DNA of 35,671 nt from Chitinophaga pinensis (GTDB lineage Bacteria > Bacteroidota > Bacteroidia > Bacteroidales > Prolixibacteraceae). The DNA is taken from contig CAMDGL010000001.1 in the NCBI GenBank assembly GCA_945897845.1, forward strand, positions 1 to 35,671. The letters run 5' to 3'. This document shows, one piece after another, positions 17,497 through 27,763 of the stretch (position 1 is the first letter of the stretch; each line of letters begins with the position of its first letter). A program made the translations under genes and the position numbers. The notes beneath the pieces were generated by a model. The model ran no database searches, had not been told where the DNA came from, and saw nothing but the letters and a program-made list of their open reading frames with translations.

Positions 17497-18789
17497 CTAA
17501 CTCATTTCAGTGTCTTCAGGATTTTCTTCAAAAAAACCAAGAACACCCTGAAATATTTTATTTTGCATTACTTTAATTAAGCCGGGTTCATTTGATTTCA
17601 CTTTTGGAACCTTTGTCTTTTTGCCACGCTTTCCAACCGGCCCTTCTTCTTCGGCAGCCATTTTCAGCAAGCCAAGAACAGTTGAAAACCGCGGATCGTC
17701 CACTTCTTTGCGAGCCACAAAATAATTCAGGTTCGGCCTGCCTTTTCTGACGTCAAAACCGGTGCGGAACTTTATCAACTGGCCCAGGTTTGGCAATAAT
17801 GATGTTCCTCCTGTAATTACAATTCCGGCGCCCAACTTATCCGCATATCCTGATTTTCTGATCTGGAAGGCAAATCCATCCACGATTTCTTCCATTCGTG
17901 CCTGAATAATGTTGGCCAGGCTTTTAAACGATATCTGGCGAGGTTCCCATCCCTGAATCGGAATGGTCACCACTTTATCTTCAGGAGCAAAATCGGCAAT
18001 GGCCTGACCAAACTGAACTTTTAGCGATTCGGCCTGACGAATGGTGATGGAACATCCTTCTTTTATGTCGTGGGTCAGTACATTTCCACCAAACGGAACC
18101 ATCGAAGTGTAACAAAGTACACCATCGCAGAAAATGGAAATCTTGGTAGTACCTCCGCCAATATCAACCAGGGCAACACCAGCTTCCTTTTCATCTTCGG
18201 TCAGAACGACCTCCGAAGAGGCAATCGGATCCAGAATTGATTTCTGTACATTGATTGAACCCTGCCTGAAGCAAGTGGCAATGTTTCGCGTATAATATTC
18301 AGGAGCAATATGCAATTTAAAATTACCTTCAATTTTTTCGCCGACAGCTCCAACTGGATTGACAATCCCAGCCTCATTATCAACTGTGTAAAATTCTGAA
18401 TTGATGTGGTAAACGCACATGCCATCCGGCAGTACAATTTTGCGCGCCTGCTCAGTCATTTGAACGACATCGGCTTCAGTTACAAAATGATCACGTCCGA
18501 TATTTCCATGAATGCGGGTAGTGAGCGTGGTCAGGTGTTGTCCTGATATGTTGACAAAAACGTTTTCGATTGGCTGACCACATTCCTTTTCAGCATGATT
18601 AACAGCGTCATTCACCGCAGCAAATGCCTCCTCAACATTCAGTACCACACCACGTTTGATACCGCGCGACGGACTGTGACCCAATCCAACAATCTGGATT
18701 TTATTGTCGTCCACCTTCTTACCGGCGAGGGCCACCACTTTTGTCGATCCGATGTCAACTGCTGCAAAAATTTTTTCGTTCTTGTCCAT
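17497..18789 (-). CDS. ftsA: Cell division protein FtsA
   Basis: DIGSTKV, DIGGGTT, GGNVLTHDI, AESLK, IIQARMEEI, ITGG; C-terminal amphipathic helix. Confidence 0.96.
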   Translation of the reverse strand: MDKNEKIFAAVDIGSTKVVALAGKKVDDNKIQIVGLGHSPSRGIKRGVVLNVEEAFAAVNDAVNHAEKECGQPIENVFVNISGQHLTTLTTRIHGNIGRDHFVTEADVVQMTEQARKIVLPDGMCVYHINSEFYTVDNEAGIVNPVGAVGEKIEGNFKLHIAPEYYTRNIATCFRQGSINVQKSILDPIASSEVVLTEDEKEAGVALVDIGGGTTKISIFCDGVLCYTSMVPFGGNVLTHDIKEGCSITIRQAESLKVQFGQAIADFAPEDKVVTIPIQGWEPRQISFKSLANIIQARMEEIVDGFAFQIRKSGYADKLGAGIVITGGTSLLPNLGQLIKFRTGFDVRKGRPNLNYFVARKEVDDPRFSTVLGLLKMAAEEEGPVGKRGKKTKVPKVKSNEPGLIKVMQNKIFQGVLGFFEENPEDTEMS

Positions 18790-18792
18790 AAT

Positions 18793-19548
18793 CTATTTTT
18801 TTGTACAAACAACCTGGTTCTGGTATTTCACACTGATGGCTTTATATTTGTTCCAGCCAAAATTCTTAAAACCCTGCTGGTAAACTGCTTTTAAATTCCT
18901 GAATTTCAACTCGTAATCATCGGGCCGGCCAAATTCGATGAGGTAATCGCCAACCTGTGGCAACAACCATAATTCACCGTTTGGCTGAATTAAAACCTGT
19001 TCGATCTGTGCCTTCCAAAAATCATCTTTGTTCACAAAATCGGTCATTTTCAGCAAATTGCGTTTAATCGTTTCATCAGGAATTGCGCCGCTGGCTATCA
19101 TGATCCGTTCAATGTATTTCGACGAAACCGGAATTTTCACTCCCTCCCTATCGAGGTAGTAATCTTCGTCGGCATCTTTAATCCTGAGTATCGGTGTCCG
19201 TTCATCGACGTTGATGATCAGCTTTCCTTTGAACGACCATCCATGTGCATCAATTTTCCGGTAGATTTCCACATTGGTCAGGGTAGCAAAGGTGGTCAGT
19301 TTTGTTTCGAGCATCTCAATATTAATGGCCGAAAGCCGGTGCCCGATAATTGGCTCTCCCGATTTTTCGATCATCCCGGCGATCTCCTCCTCATCCATAA
19401 ACCGGGGAGAATTAGGATTGATGAAGACCACAATTGACTGGCACCTCACCGCTTCCATTTGCGTGTAGGTGAAATAAATTGTAAATCCGACAAATCCTGC
19501 CAGGCCCAACCATCCTAAAATGACCAATATTTTTTTAACTATCGCCAT
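18793..19548 (-). CDS. ftsQ: Cell division protein FtsQ/DivIB
   Basis: N-terminal TM, POTRA-like region, ERTPILRI, C-terminal QVVCTKK; between murC and ftsA. Confidence 0.88.
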   Translation of the reverse strand: MAIVKKILVILGWLGLAGFVGFTIYFTYTQMEAVRCQSIVVFINPNSPRFMDEEEIAGMIEKSGEPIIGHRLSAINIEMLETKLTTFATLTNVEIYRKIDAHGWSFKGKLIINVDERTPILRIKDADEDYYLDREGVKIPVSSKYIERIMIASGAIPDETIKRNLLKMTDFVNKDDFWKAQIEQVLIQPNGELWLLPQVGDYLIEFGRPDDYELKFRNLKAVYQQGFKNFGWNKYKAISVKYQNQVVCTKK

Positions 19549-20920
19549 ACTTCAACAATTGCTTTTTTACCGGTTCAACCAGTGTATCAATATCCCCGGC
19601 ACCCATCATCAACACTATTCCCGGTTTAAACAATCCGGAAATTACGGGCAACTCTTCTTTGGTACAAATTATCTTCTTCCGCTTTTTCATTAATTTAAAA
19701 ATCATTTCTGAACTGACTCCTTCCATCGGAAGCTCGCGTGCCGGATAAATATCCAGCAATACAATCTCGTCTAACAAATCCAGGCTCTGGGCGAAACCGG
19801 CAGCAAAATCCTTTGTGCGGCTGTAAAGGTGCGGCTGAAATACGCCCGTCAATCTCCGTCCTTTGTAAATATCCCTTACAGACTGAATGGTTGCCCGCAG
19901 TTCCGCAGGATGATGCGCATAATCGTCTATCAGCACAAAAATTCCGTTGTTCAGCTGAACATCGAAACGCCTTTTTACTCCTGAATAAGTTGCCAAAGCC
20001 TGTCTGATTTCTTCCGGAGAAACGCTCGCAAGCAATGCCAAAGCCGATGCTGCAACAGCATTTTCAACATTCAGCAAACCAGGGTAATTCAGTACCAGTT
20101 TTTTAATTCTGAAATCCGGAGTTTTCAAATCGAATTGATAAAATCCGGCTTTTAACTTGACATTTTCAACACAAAAATCGGCATCTTCAGTAATTGAATA
20201 GTTGTATATCCGAATGTTCGGAAGATCTGCACCCACCGAAAGTCCTTTTTTAAACAGCAATACTCCACCCTCTTTAACCTGAGCTGCAAACAACTGAAAA
20301 CTTTCGATGACTTTTTCGTGCGAACCATAAATATCGAGGTGGTCGGCATCCATCGAGGTAATTACCGCCAGCTCCGGCTTGAGTTGCAAAAATGAACGGT
20401 CAAATTCATCGGCTTCTGCCACAATCCATGGACTGCCTGTATCATCGAGCAACAAATTGCTCTTGTAATTTTTTGAGATTCCACCCATAAATGCAGCACA
20501 TCCAATAGTCGATGACTTCAGTATATGAGCTGTCATGGTTGAAACCGAAGTTTTTCCATGAGTTCCGGCAACGGCAATGGTTCGCTGACTGTTGCAGATA
20601 ATACCCAGTACTTCCGAACGTTTGTGAATTGGAAAGCCACGATCAATCAGTACCTTTAATTCATGATGATTGGCCGGAACTGCCGGTGTGTAAACGATCA
20701 ATGAGTCGGTAACATTCAAATCAGAAGGCAACTGAACCGGATCGTCCTGATAATGCACTGCAATTCCTTCTTTTTCAAGCTGAAGCGTTAGTTCGGTTGA
20801 AGTGCGGTCGTAGCCGGAAACAGCGATGCCCTGACTCGCAAAATAGCGTGCCAGAGCGCTCATCCCGATTCCCCCGATACCCAGGAAATATACTTGTTTT
20901 ATGTCGGTTAATTCAATCAC
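19535..20920 (-). CDS. murC: UDP-N-acetylmuramate--L-alanine ligase
   Basis: GIGGIGMSALA, AGTHGKTS, EADEFDRSF, DDYAHHP, FQPHLYSRT, MGAGDI. Confidence 0.97.
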   Translation of the reverse strand: MIELTDIKQVYFLGIGGIGMSALARYFASQGIAVSGYDRTSTELTLQLEKEGIAVHYQDDPVQLPSDLNVTDSLIVYTPAVPANHHELKVLIDRGFPIHKRSEVLGIICNSQRTIAVAGTHGKTSVSTMTAHILKSSTIGCAAFMGGISKNYKSNLLLDDTGSPWIVAEADEFDRSFLQLKPELAVITSMDADHLDIYGSHEKVIESFQLFAAQVKEGGVLLFKKGLSVGADLPNIRIYNYSITEDADFCVENVKLKAGFYQFDLKTPDFRIKKLVLNYPGLLNVENAVAASALALLASVSPEEIRQALATYSGVKRRFDVQLNNGIFVLIDDYAHHPAELRATIQSVRDIYKGRRLTGVFQPHLYSRTKDFAAGFAQSLDLLDEIVLLDIYPARELPMEGVSSEMIFKLMKKRKKIICTKEELPVISGLFKPGIVLMMGAGDIDTLVEPVKKQLLKYGDS

Positions 20921-21039
20921 TTTATGTTGTTATGTCTTTAAAACTCAATTTTGATCGCTATCACTATTTCGTCAAAAAAAATACTTTCACTCTTTTCATC
21001 TATATCCCGCAGACGGGTTCCTTCGTTTTCTCATTTGAT

Positions 21040-21062
21040 CCGTTGGCTAAAGCCAACGGCAA
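21040..21062. repeat. REP-like palindrome
   Basis: ccgttggc-taaa-gccaacgg perfect hairpin in the murG-murC spacer, no poly-T tail. Confidence 0.6.
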
Positions 21063-21088
21063 AGGATATTTTCCTAACAATGAACTTT

Positions 21089-22219
21089 TTACTTCTGACT
21101 CCTGACTTCCGACTTCTGACTCTCAACCACCCCCATTATTACATCCACAATATCTTTTGCAGCATTGGGTCGCCCCAGTTTTTGTATGTTTTCAGAAAGG
21201 CTTTTTAGCCTCTCTTTATCGTTCAGCAAGCTAAACGTTTCTTTCATCAATTGGTCTTTCGAATCGGCATCTTTTATTAACAAAGCAGCCTGATTTTCAA
21301 CAAGTGCCATCGCATTTTTTGTTTGATGGTCTTCAGCCACATTGGGCGATGGAACCAGTATGCAGGGTTTTGCCAGCAAACAGAGTTCCGAGATTGTACC
21401 GGCGCCGGCTCGTGAAATCACCACATCGGCTATCGCGTAAGCCAAATCCATACGCGAAACAAACTCCATCGGGAACAGGTTATCGGGGCAATTCTCTCCC
21501 AAACGATCCATCATCTCTTTATAATAAAAGCTTCCGGTTTGCCATATTACCTGTGCCTCCGTTTGACGGATCAGTTGCAGGTTGGCCATTACACTTTCGT
21601 TGATCGTGCGTGCGCCAAGACTTCCGCCAATAATCAAAACCACCGGCTCGCCATCGTACAGCTTAAAATATTCGTAAGCCTCTTTTTTATCAACGATGGT
21701 TTCTATCAGGTTTTTACGAACGGGATTTCCGGTTAATACAATTTTATTCTTTGGAAAATACCTTTCCATATTTGGATAAGCCACACATATTTTATTCACT
21801 TTCGACGACAACAGTTTGTTGGTCACACCGGCATACGAATTTTGTTCCTGAAGTATGGCTGGCACTCCGCTGCGCACTGCCGCTTTTAATACCGGTCCAC
21901 TTGCAAATCCACCGACACCAATGGCTACATCAGGTTTAAAGTCGGCAATTACTTTACGTGCCAAACGCATACTTTGAAATAATTTCAGAAAAAACCCAAC
22001 CATTTTAAGCGAAGGTTTACGTGGAAATCCCACTACCGGTAACCCGATAATGCGGTAACCGGCCGAAGGAACCCGTTCCATTTCCATCTTGCCAAGAGCC
22101 CCGACGAACAAAATCTCCGTTTCCGGATAACGCTCTTTCAGTTCATTGGCAATTGAAATGGCCGGAAAAATATGTCCCCCGGTTCCTCCCCCACTTACTA
22201 TTACTTTTAGTCTTTTCAT
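21089..22219 (-). CDS. murG: Lipid II N-acetylglucosaminyltransferase
   Basis: GGGTGGHIFPA, EQNS, TGNPVR, GGSLGA, SRAGAGT, DHQTKNA; ATG at 22219 (MKRLKV). Confidence 0.97.
   Translation of the reverse strand: MKRLKVIVSGGGTGGHIFPAISIANELKERYPETEILFVGALGKMEMERVPSAGYRIIGLPVVGFPRKPSLKMVGFFLKLFQSMRLARKVIADFKPDVAIGVGGFASGPVLKAAVRSGVPAILQEQNSYAGVTNKLLSSKVNKICVAYPNMERYFPKNKIVLTGNPVRKNLIETIVDKKEAYEYFKLYDGEPVVLIIGGSLGARTINESVMANLQLIRQTEAQVIWQTGSFYYKEMMDRLGENCPDNLFPMEFVSRMDLAYAIADVVISRAGAGTISELCLLAKPCILVPSPNVAEDHQTKNAMALVENQAALLIKDADSKDQLMKETFSLLNDKERLKSLSENIQKLGRPNAAKDIVDVIMGVVESQKSEVRSQK
21092..21119. repeat. Four degenerate heptamer repeats at the murG 3' end
   Basis: cttctga ctcctga cttccga cttctga. 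Confidence 0.7.
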
Positions 22220-22220
22220 A

Positions 22221-23426
22221 TCATAAAGCCTGGTCTTCGTTTGGCACATCAACAACAACCAATTGTTCGGCAGGCGCTTTGTTTTTCTGATTGTGAGAGC
22301 TGACTGCCAGAATGATCCCGAAAGATGCGGCAGTAAACAGCATTGACGATCCGCCCATACTTACCCAGGGCAAAGGCTGGCCTGTCACTGGGGCCGCCCC
22401 TACAGAAACAGCCATATTGATAAAAGCCTGAAATACAATCAGCACAATCAGTCCGGCCACCATAAAAGCGGGAAAAGTACGATCGCACCGCCGGACAATA
22501 CTGACGCCCCGGAACAATAAAATCAGGTAAAGCAATGCGAGGGAAACACCTCCAACCAGGCCGTATTCTTCGATAAAAATTGCATAAATAAAATCGTTGT
22601 AGCCAGCCTCCATATAATTACTCACTTCGCTGTTACCGGGACCTTTTCCGAACATTCCGCCTTCAAAAACGGCCAGTTTCGCATAGTCGGCCTGGGTCGT
22701 TCCCATGGTTTCATCCTTGTCGCCTGAAATAAAGTCGGTAATTCGTTCTTTGAAAGTATGCACACGACCGAAACTGGCTGGCATTAAATCAGCCGTAAAA
22801 AACAACAGCACGCCCATCAAAATACCAGCGCCTGCCAGCAATGAAAACAACTTAAACGGCACGCGTGCGATCAGCATCAAAACCATAACGCTCAAAAAAA
22901 TAAGCGCTGCCGTCGAAATATTGCTCATAAAAATCAGGAAACAGACTACACCGGCAACACCGGTCACCCACCAAAAAGCTTTTTTTAGTTCATCTTCTGT
23001 TTTCTGCGATTTCGACAACATCCGGGAAGCAAACATGATTAGCGCTATTTTTGCAAGTTCAGATGGCTGAAAACTAAAAAATCCAACATCGAGCGAACGT
23101 GCGGTTTCCTTGTCCGGATTACCAGTCATCTTATACTGAATAATAGCTAATATCAACGCAAATATGGTGACACCAATGAGTACCGGCGATATCTTAAAAT
23201 AAACCACCACCGGAACAATATTGACAAGGAAGAGCATTATCCCAAAACCTGTCAGGATAAAAACAATTTGCCGGACCAGATAATAAACTGTATTTCCGTC
23301 AGCTTCGCGGTAGGCCAGTTTACCCGTTGCACTGTACACAATCACCAGTGAAACAAGCGATAAGAAAATCAGCACTACCCACAGTGTCCGGTCGCCCCTG
23401 AATATTTTACCCAGTACACCTGCCAT
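22221..23426 (-). CDS. ftsW: SEDS peptidoglycan glycosyltransferase FtsW
   Basis: Multi-TM, FQPSELAK, GKGPGNS, NDFIYAIFIEEYG, PVTGQPLPWVSMGGSS. Confidence 0.95.
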   Translation of the reverse strand: MAGVLGKIFRGDRTLWVVLIFLSLVSLVIVYSATGKLAYREADGNTVYYLVRQIVFILTGFGIMLFLVNIVPVVVYFKISPVLIGVTIFALILAIIQYKMTGNPDKETARSLDVGFFSFQPSELAKIALIMFASRMLSKSQKTEDELKKAFWWVTGVAGVVCFLIFMSNISTAALIFLSVMVLMLIARVPFKLFSLLAGAGILMGVLLFFTADLMPASFGRVHTFKERITDFISGDKDETMGTTQADYAKLAVFEGGMFGKGPGNSEVSNYMEAGYNDFIYAIFIEEYGLVGGVSLALLYLILLFRGVSIVRRCDRTFPAFMVAGLIVLIVFQAFINMAVSVGAAPVTGQPLPWVSMGGSSMLFTAASFGIILAVSSHNQKNKAPAEQLVVVDVPNEDQAL

Positions 23427-23427
23427 T

Positions 23428-24765
23428 TTACAATTCTTTTACTGCATTTTTAAACTGATATCCGCGATCTTCATAGTTCTCGAATAAATCAAAACTTGCA
23501 CAGGCAGGCGACAACAAAACGGTGTCGCCATTTCTCGCAAGATAATAAGCAGAACGCACGGCATCTTCCATCGATTGCGTTTCAACCATGTCGATTCCGA
23601 TGTGCCTGAAAGCTTCCATAATTTTCGAGTTGTCTTTCCCGAGGCAAACAATTGCTTTTACTTTTTTCTTCACCAATTCTGTCAACTGACCATAGTCATT
23701 TCCTTTATCGATACCCCCAACAATCCACACCGTTGGTTGACTCATGCTTTCGAGTGCATACCAGGTCGAATTAATGTTGGTTGCTTTCGAATCGTTGATA
23801 AATTCGATACCATGAACTTTCAGAAAACGTTCGAGCCTGTGTTCAACACCCTTAAAATCAGCCATGCTCTCGCGAACCATTTCATTCCTGATATTAACAG
23901 CCATTCCTGAAATACCCGCAGCCATTGAGTTGTAGGTATTGTGATTTCCCTGTAATGCAATATCTAAAATCGACATAGTAAAAATATTTTGTTTCCAGTT
24001 AATAATCAAGTTGTTGTCAATCACCCCGGCACCTTCGGCAGGAGGCAGTCCCAAGCCAAAAGGCACGCAGTGGGCATTAATTTTTCGTTTTTCCATTTCA
24101 AGTTTCAGCACCGGATCGTCGCTGCACCAGATGAAAACATCCTCTGCTGTTTGGTTCTGTGCTATGCGAAACTTCGAATCGATGTAGTTTTGCATATTAT
24201 AATTGTAACGATCCAAATGATCAGGTGTAATGTTCAGCAAAACGGAGATGTCGGCTTTAAATTCATACATTCCGTCGAGCTGAAAACTGCTCAGTTCAAG
24301 CACATAGTAATCAAATTCCTTTTCGGCTACCTGCCAGGCGAAACTCTGTCCGACATTTCCGGCCAGTCCAACATTGTACCCGGCTTTTTCAAGCATGTGG
24401 TAGGTCAGCAGGGTGGTGGTCGTTTTTCCGTTGCTTCCGGTAATGCATATTTTTTTTGCTGAAGTGTATTTTCCGGCAAATTCAATTTCAGAAATAACGG
24501 GCACCCCTTTTTCTTTCAGCTTCACAACCAATGGCGCCTTATCCGGAATTCCCGGGCTTTTGATCACCACATCAGCATTCAATATTTTTTCTTCGGAATG
24601 ACGGCCTTCTTCAAAATCAAACTGACGATCGGTCAACTCCTTCCGGTATTTCGCCTTGATAGATCCAAGATCGGAAACAAACACGTCAAAGCCTTGCTTT
24701 CGTGCCAGAATGGCTGAACCAACTCCGCTCTCCGCGGCTCCCAATATCACTGCACGTTTGTTCAT
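23428..24765 (-). CDS. murD: UDP-N-acetylmuramoyl-L-alanine--D-glutamate ligase
   Basis: KSPGIP, ITGSNGKTTT, ELSSFQL, DHLDRY, NDSKATN, LLSPACASFD. Confidence 0.97.
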   Translation of the reverse strand: MNKRAVILGAAESGVGSAILARKQGFDVFVSDLGSIKAKYRKELTDRQFDFEEGRHSEEKILNADVVIKSPGIPDKAPLVVKLKEKGVPVISEIEFAGKYTSAKKICITGSNGKTTTTLLTYHMLEKAGYNVGLAGNVGQSFAWQVAEKEFDYYVLELSSFQLDGMYEFKADISVLLNITPDHLDRYNYNMQNYIDSKFRIAQNQTAEDVFIWCSDDPVLKLEMEKRKINAHCVPFGLGLPPAEGAGVIDNNLIINWKQNIFTMSILDIALQGNHNTYNSMAAGISGMAVNIRNEMVRESMADFKGVEHRLERFLKVHGIEFINDSKATNINSTWYALESMSQPTVWIVGGIDKGNDYGQLTELVKKKVKAIVCLGKDNSKIMEAFRHIGIDMVETQSMEDAVRSAYYLARNGDTVLLSPACASFDLFENYEDRGYQFKNAVKEL

Positions 24766-24800
24766 ATCTAGTTTAGAATTTCGAAAAAAGAACGGGCCTT

Positions 24801-25026
24801 TTGATATTTCTCATTTCTTGTTCGATGTTTCTTATTTTATTATTTACAATTTCGTCCGAACTGAGATTTGAACTTTTTTCAGCCTCATCTCGCGGACGAT
24901 TTCCGATTCCACTCTTTTTCCCCGGGTTAAAACCCGGGGCTACAAATATTTCGCTCCTACGGAGCTGCAAACAACTTCAAGACGGTGCCCTCAGCTTTCC
25001 CCCATTTGGGGGAACGGGAGGGGGGT
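24801..25026. repeat. Composite palindrome-rich spacer (REP/BIME-like) between mraY and murD
   Basis: cccgggt-taaa-acccggg, tcgtccg...cggacga, ttccccc-attt-gggggaa and a degenerate AT-rich short-period tract. Confidence 0.55.
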
Positions 25027-25027
25027 C

Positions 25028-26278
25028 TTAACGCATTTTCAGGGTTACCATGGTCAGTACTGCCAGAATGATTCCGACAATCCAGAACCGGGTCACGATT
25101 TTTGCTTCCGGAATTCCCTGTTTCTGAAAGTGATGATGTATGGGGCTCATCAGGAAAACCCTGCGCCCTTCACCGTATTTTTTTCTGGTATATTTGAAAT
25201 AGGCTACCTGAATTACCACCGAAAGATTTTCGACCACAAAGATTCCGCACAAAATAGGGATGAGGAATTCTTTACGGATGATCACCGCGAAAACAGCCAG
25301 AATGCCGCCAAGGGCAAGACTTCCGGTATCGCCCATAAATACCTGGGCCGGATATGAATTGTACCAAAGAAACCCAACCGTGGCGCCAATAAATGCCGCA
25401 ATGAAAATGGTAAGCTCTCCCAGGTTTGGAATGTACATGATGTTCAGGTATTCGGCATAAATGACGTTACCGCTCACATAAGCCAATATCCCGAAAGTGG
25501 CGCCGCTAATGGCCGACGTACCTGTCGCCAGACCGTCAATCCCATCGGTCAGGTTGGCGGCATTCGAAACAGCGGTAATAATCAGGATAATAGCCAACGC
25601 ATAAGCAAGCCATCTCCAGATTGTTGAACGATCGCCCATAAAAGCCACGAGAATGCCATAATCAAATTCATGATTCTTGAAAAATGGAATGGTTGTTTTG
25701 GTCGATTTCACTTCTTTGGTCAAGTGCTGCAACCGGCCTCTGCCTGTAATACTGTCGGTCACGATCTCTTTTACATACATTCCGTTGGCATCAACAATGC
25801 GTTCACGAACCACCACTTCATCCGAGAAGTACAAGGTGGTGGCTACAATAAAACCAAGTGAAACCTGACCCAAAATTTTGAATTTACCGGCCAGTCCTTT
25901 TTTATCTTTCAGAAACACTTTGATATAATCGTCGAGAAAACCAATTAAGCCCAGCCATATTGTAGTGATGAGCATCAGGATAATGTAAATATTATCGAGC
26001 CGGGCAAATAACAAGGTTGGGATAATGATAGAAGCCAGAATGATGAGTCCACCCATTGTTGGCGTTCCTTTTTTCTGCATTTGCCCTTCAAGTCCCAGAT
26101 CGCGAACATCTTCGCCGATTTGTTTTTTACGTAAAAAATTGATCAGCCTCTTCCCAAATCCGACAGTGATTAGCAGCGAAATAATGATTGCCGCACCCGA
26201 CCGGAACGAGATGTACTGAAACATTCCCAATCCGGGGATATCCCAATCCTTTAAAAGCTGATACAAATGATAAAACAT
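25028..26278 (-). CDS. mraY: Phospho-N-acetylmuramoyl-pentapeptide transferase
   Basis: [42 protein letters not shown]; ATG at 26278 (MFYHLY). Confidence 0.97.
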   Translation of the reverse strand: MFYHLYQLLKDWDIPGLGMFQYISFRSGAAIIISLLITVGFGKRLINFLRKKQIGEDVRDLGLEGQMQKKGTPTMGGLIILASIIIPTLLFARLDNIYIILMLITTIWLGLIGFLDDYIKVFLKDKKGLAGKFKILGQVSLGFIVATTLYFSDEVVVRERIVDANGMYVKEIVTDSITGRGRLQHLTKEVKSTKTTIPFFKNHEFDYGILVAFMGDRSTIWRWLAYALAIILIITAVSNAANLTDGIDGLATGTSAISGATFGILAYVSGNVIYAEYLNIMYIPNLGELTIFIAAFIGATVGFLWYNSYPAQVFMGDTGSLALGGILAVFAVIIRKEFLIPILCGIFVVENLSVVIQVAYFKYTRKKYGEGRRVFLMSPIHHHFQKQGIPEAKIVTRFWIVGIILAVLTMVTLKMR

Positions 26279-26289
26279 AGTCTGGTATT

Positions 26290-27747
26290 TTAGTTGTTCC
26301 CGAAAATTTCGTTGATCACTTCCTTGTCGTCGAAATGGTATTTCACCCCTTTTATTTCCTGATAATCCTCGTGTCCCTTTCCTGCCACTAAAATAATATC
26401 GCCCGGACGTGCCAGCATACAAGCCGTTTTGATTGCCTCTTTCCGGTTCACAATCGACAGAACTTTCGACCGCTGATGCGCTTCAACACCCGCTTCCATA
26501 TCGGCCAGAATCTGCTCCGGCTCTTCAGAACGCGGATTGTCGGAAGTAAGGATTACTTTGTCGCTTTGCCTCACTGCCTCCTGTGCCATTTCCGGACGTT
26601 TTGTTTTATCGCGGTCGCCACCAGCACCAAGCACGGTGATTACCTGTTCGTTTCCGGTCCGGATATCTGTTATTCCTGACAATACATTCTGAATGGCATC
26701 GGGTGTGTGTGCGTAATCAACCACTGCATATTTTCCTTCAGGAGAACGAATGATTTCGAACCTGCCGGAAACAGGACGCAACTCGCTTAAAATCCTGAGA
26801 ATATCGTCATTGCCAACACCGAGAAGTACTGAAGCACCCATTACCGCCATTAAGTTACTGGCATTAAAAACACCGGTAAAATGGGTCCAGACTTCCTGTC
26901 CGTCAATACTCAGCAACATACCGTCGAAATGTTTTTCGAGCACTTTGCAATGAAAATTTGCCAGCGACCTCAACGAATATGTTTGTTTGATTGCATGTGT
27001 GTTCTGGAGCATCACCATGCCATTTTTATCGTCGGCATTGGTCAACGCGAACGCTCCTTCAGGAAGCAAATCGAAAAATTTCTTTTTAGCTTTCAGGTAT
27101 TCTGCAAAGGTCACGTGATAATCGAGATGGTCATGGCTGAGGTTGGTAAAAACACCGCCATCGAATTGAATTCCACTAATGCGGTCCTGATCGATGGCAT
27201 GGGAACTGACCTCCATAAAGCAATAATCGCAACCGGCTTCCACCATCCGGGCCATCAGTTCCTGAATCTGCAATGCATCAGGAGTGGTGTGAGTTGCATG
27301 AAACTCCTCTTTGCCCACGTAATATTTAATGGTCGAAATCAATCCGACTTTGTATCCAAGAAGCGTAAAAGTATTGTACAAAAGTGTGGCAATAGTCGTT
27401 TTTCCATTTGTTCCGGTCACACCCACAATTTTCAGGTTGGCAGAAGGATTATCGTAAAAAGCAGCAGCTATTTTTCCGAATGTTTTTTGTGAATCTTCGA
27501 TACGTGCCAATACAATTTGATATGGAAAATCTTCAGGCACATCTTCGCAAACCACAGCAACAGCGCCCAGTTCAATGGCTTTTGCGATAAACTGGTGCCC
27601 ATCGGCATGAACGCCCTTCACAGCAACAAACAAATCACCAGCTGCTATTTTCCGCGAATCGAACTGGATACTTCGGATCGAAACCGACAAGTCGCCCCTT
27701 GTTTCAAGCAACTCAATACCGTTCAAAATGTCGTTTAAAAGTCTCAT
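26290..27747 (-). CDS. murE: UDP-N-acetylmuramoyl-L-alanyl-D-glutamate--2,6-diaminopimelate ligase
   Basis: [38 protein letters not shown] (DAP-type), AGKGHE; ATG at 27747 (MRLLND). Confidence 0.97.
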   Translation of the reverse strand: MRLLNDILNGIELLETRGDLSVSIRSIQFDSRKIAAGDLFVAVKGVHADGHQFIAKAIELGAVAVVCEDVPEDFPYQIVLARIEDSQKTFGKIAAAFYDNPSANLKIVGVTGTNGKTTIATLLYNTFTLLGYKVGLISTIKYYVGKEEFHATHTTPDALQIQELMARMVEAGCDYCFMEVSSHAIDQDRISGIQFDGGVFTNLSHDHLDYHVTFAEYLKAKKKFFDLLPEGAFALTNADDKNGMVMLQNTHAIKQTYSLRSLANFHCKVLEKHFDGMLLSIDGQEVWTHFTGVFNASNLMAVMGASVLLGVGNDDILRILSELRPVSGRFEIIRSPEGKYAVVDYAHTPDAIQNVLSGITDIRTGNEQVITVLGAGGDRDKTKRPEMAQEAVRQSDKVILTSDNPRSEEPEQILADMEAGVEAHQRSKVLSIVNRKEAIKTACMLARPGDIILVAGKGHEDYQEIKGVKYHFDDKEVINEIFGNN

Positions 27748-27763
27748 TGTTGTTGCTTTTGGT

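Noticed and set aside
25690-25825. Hydrophilic insertion in MraY
   Set aside because: A loop insertion here is, to my knowledge, typical of Bacteroidota MraY
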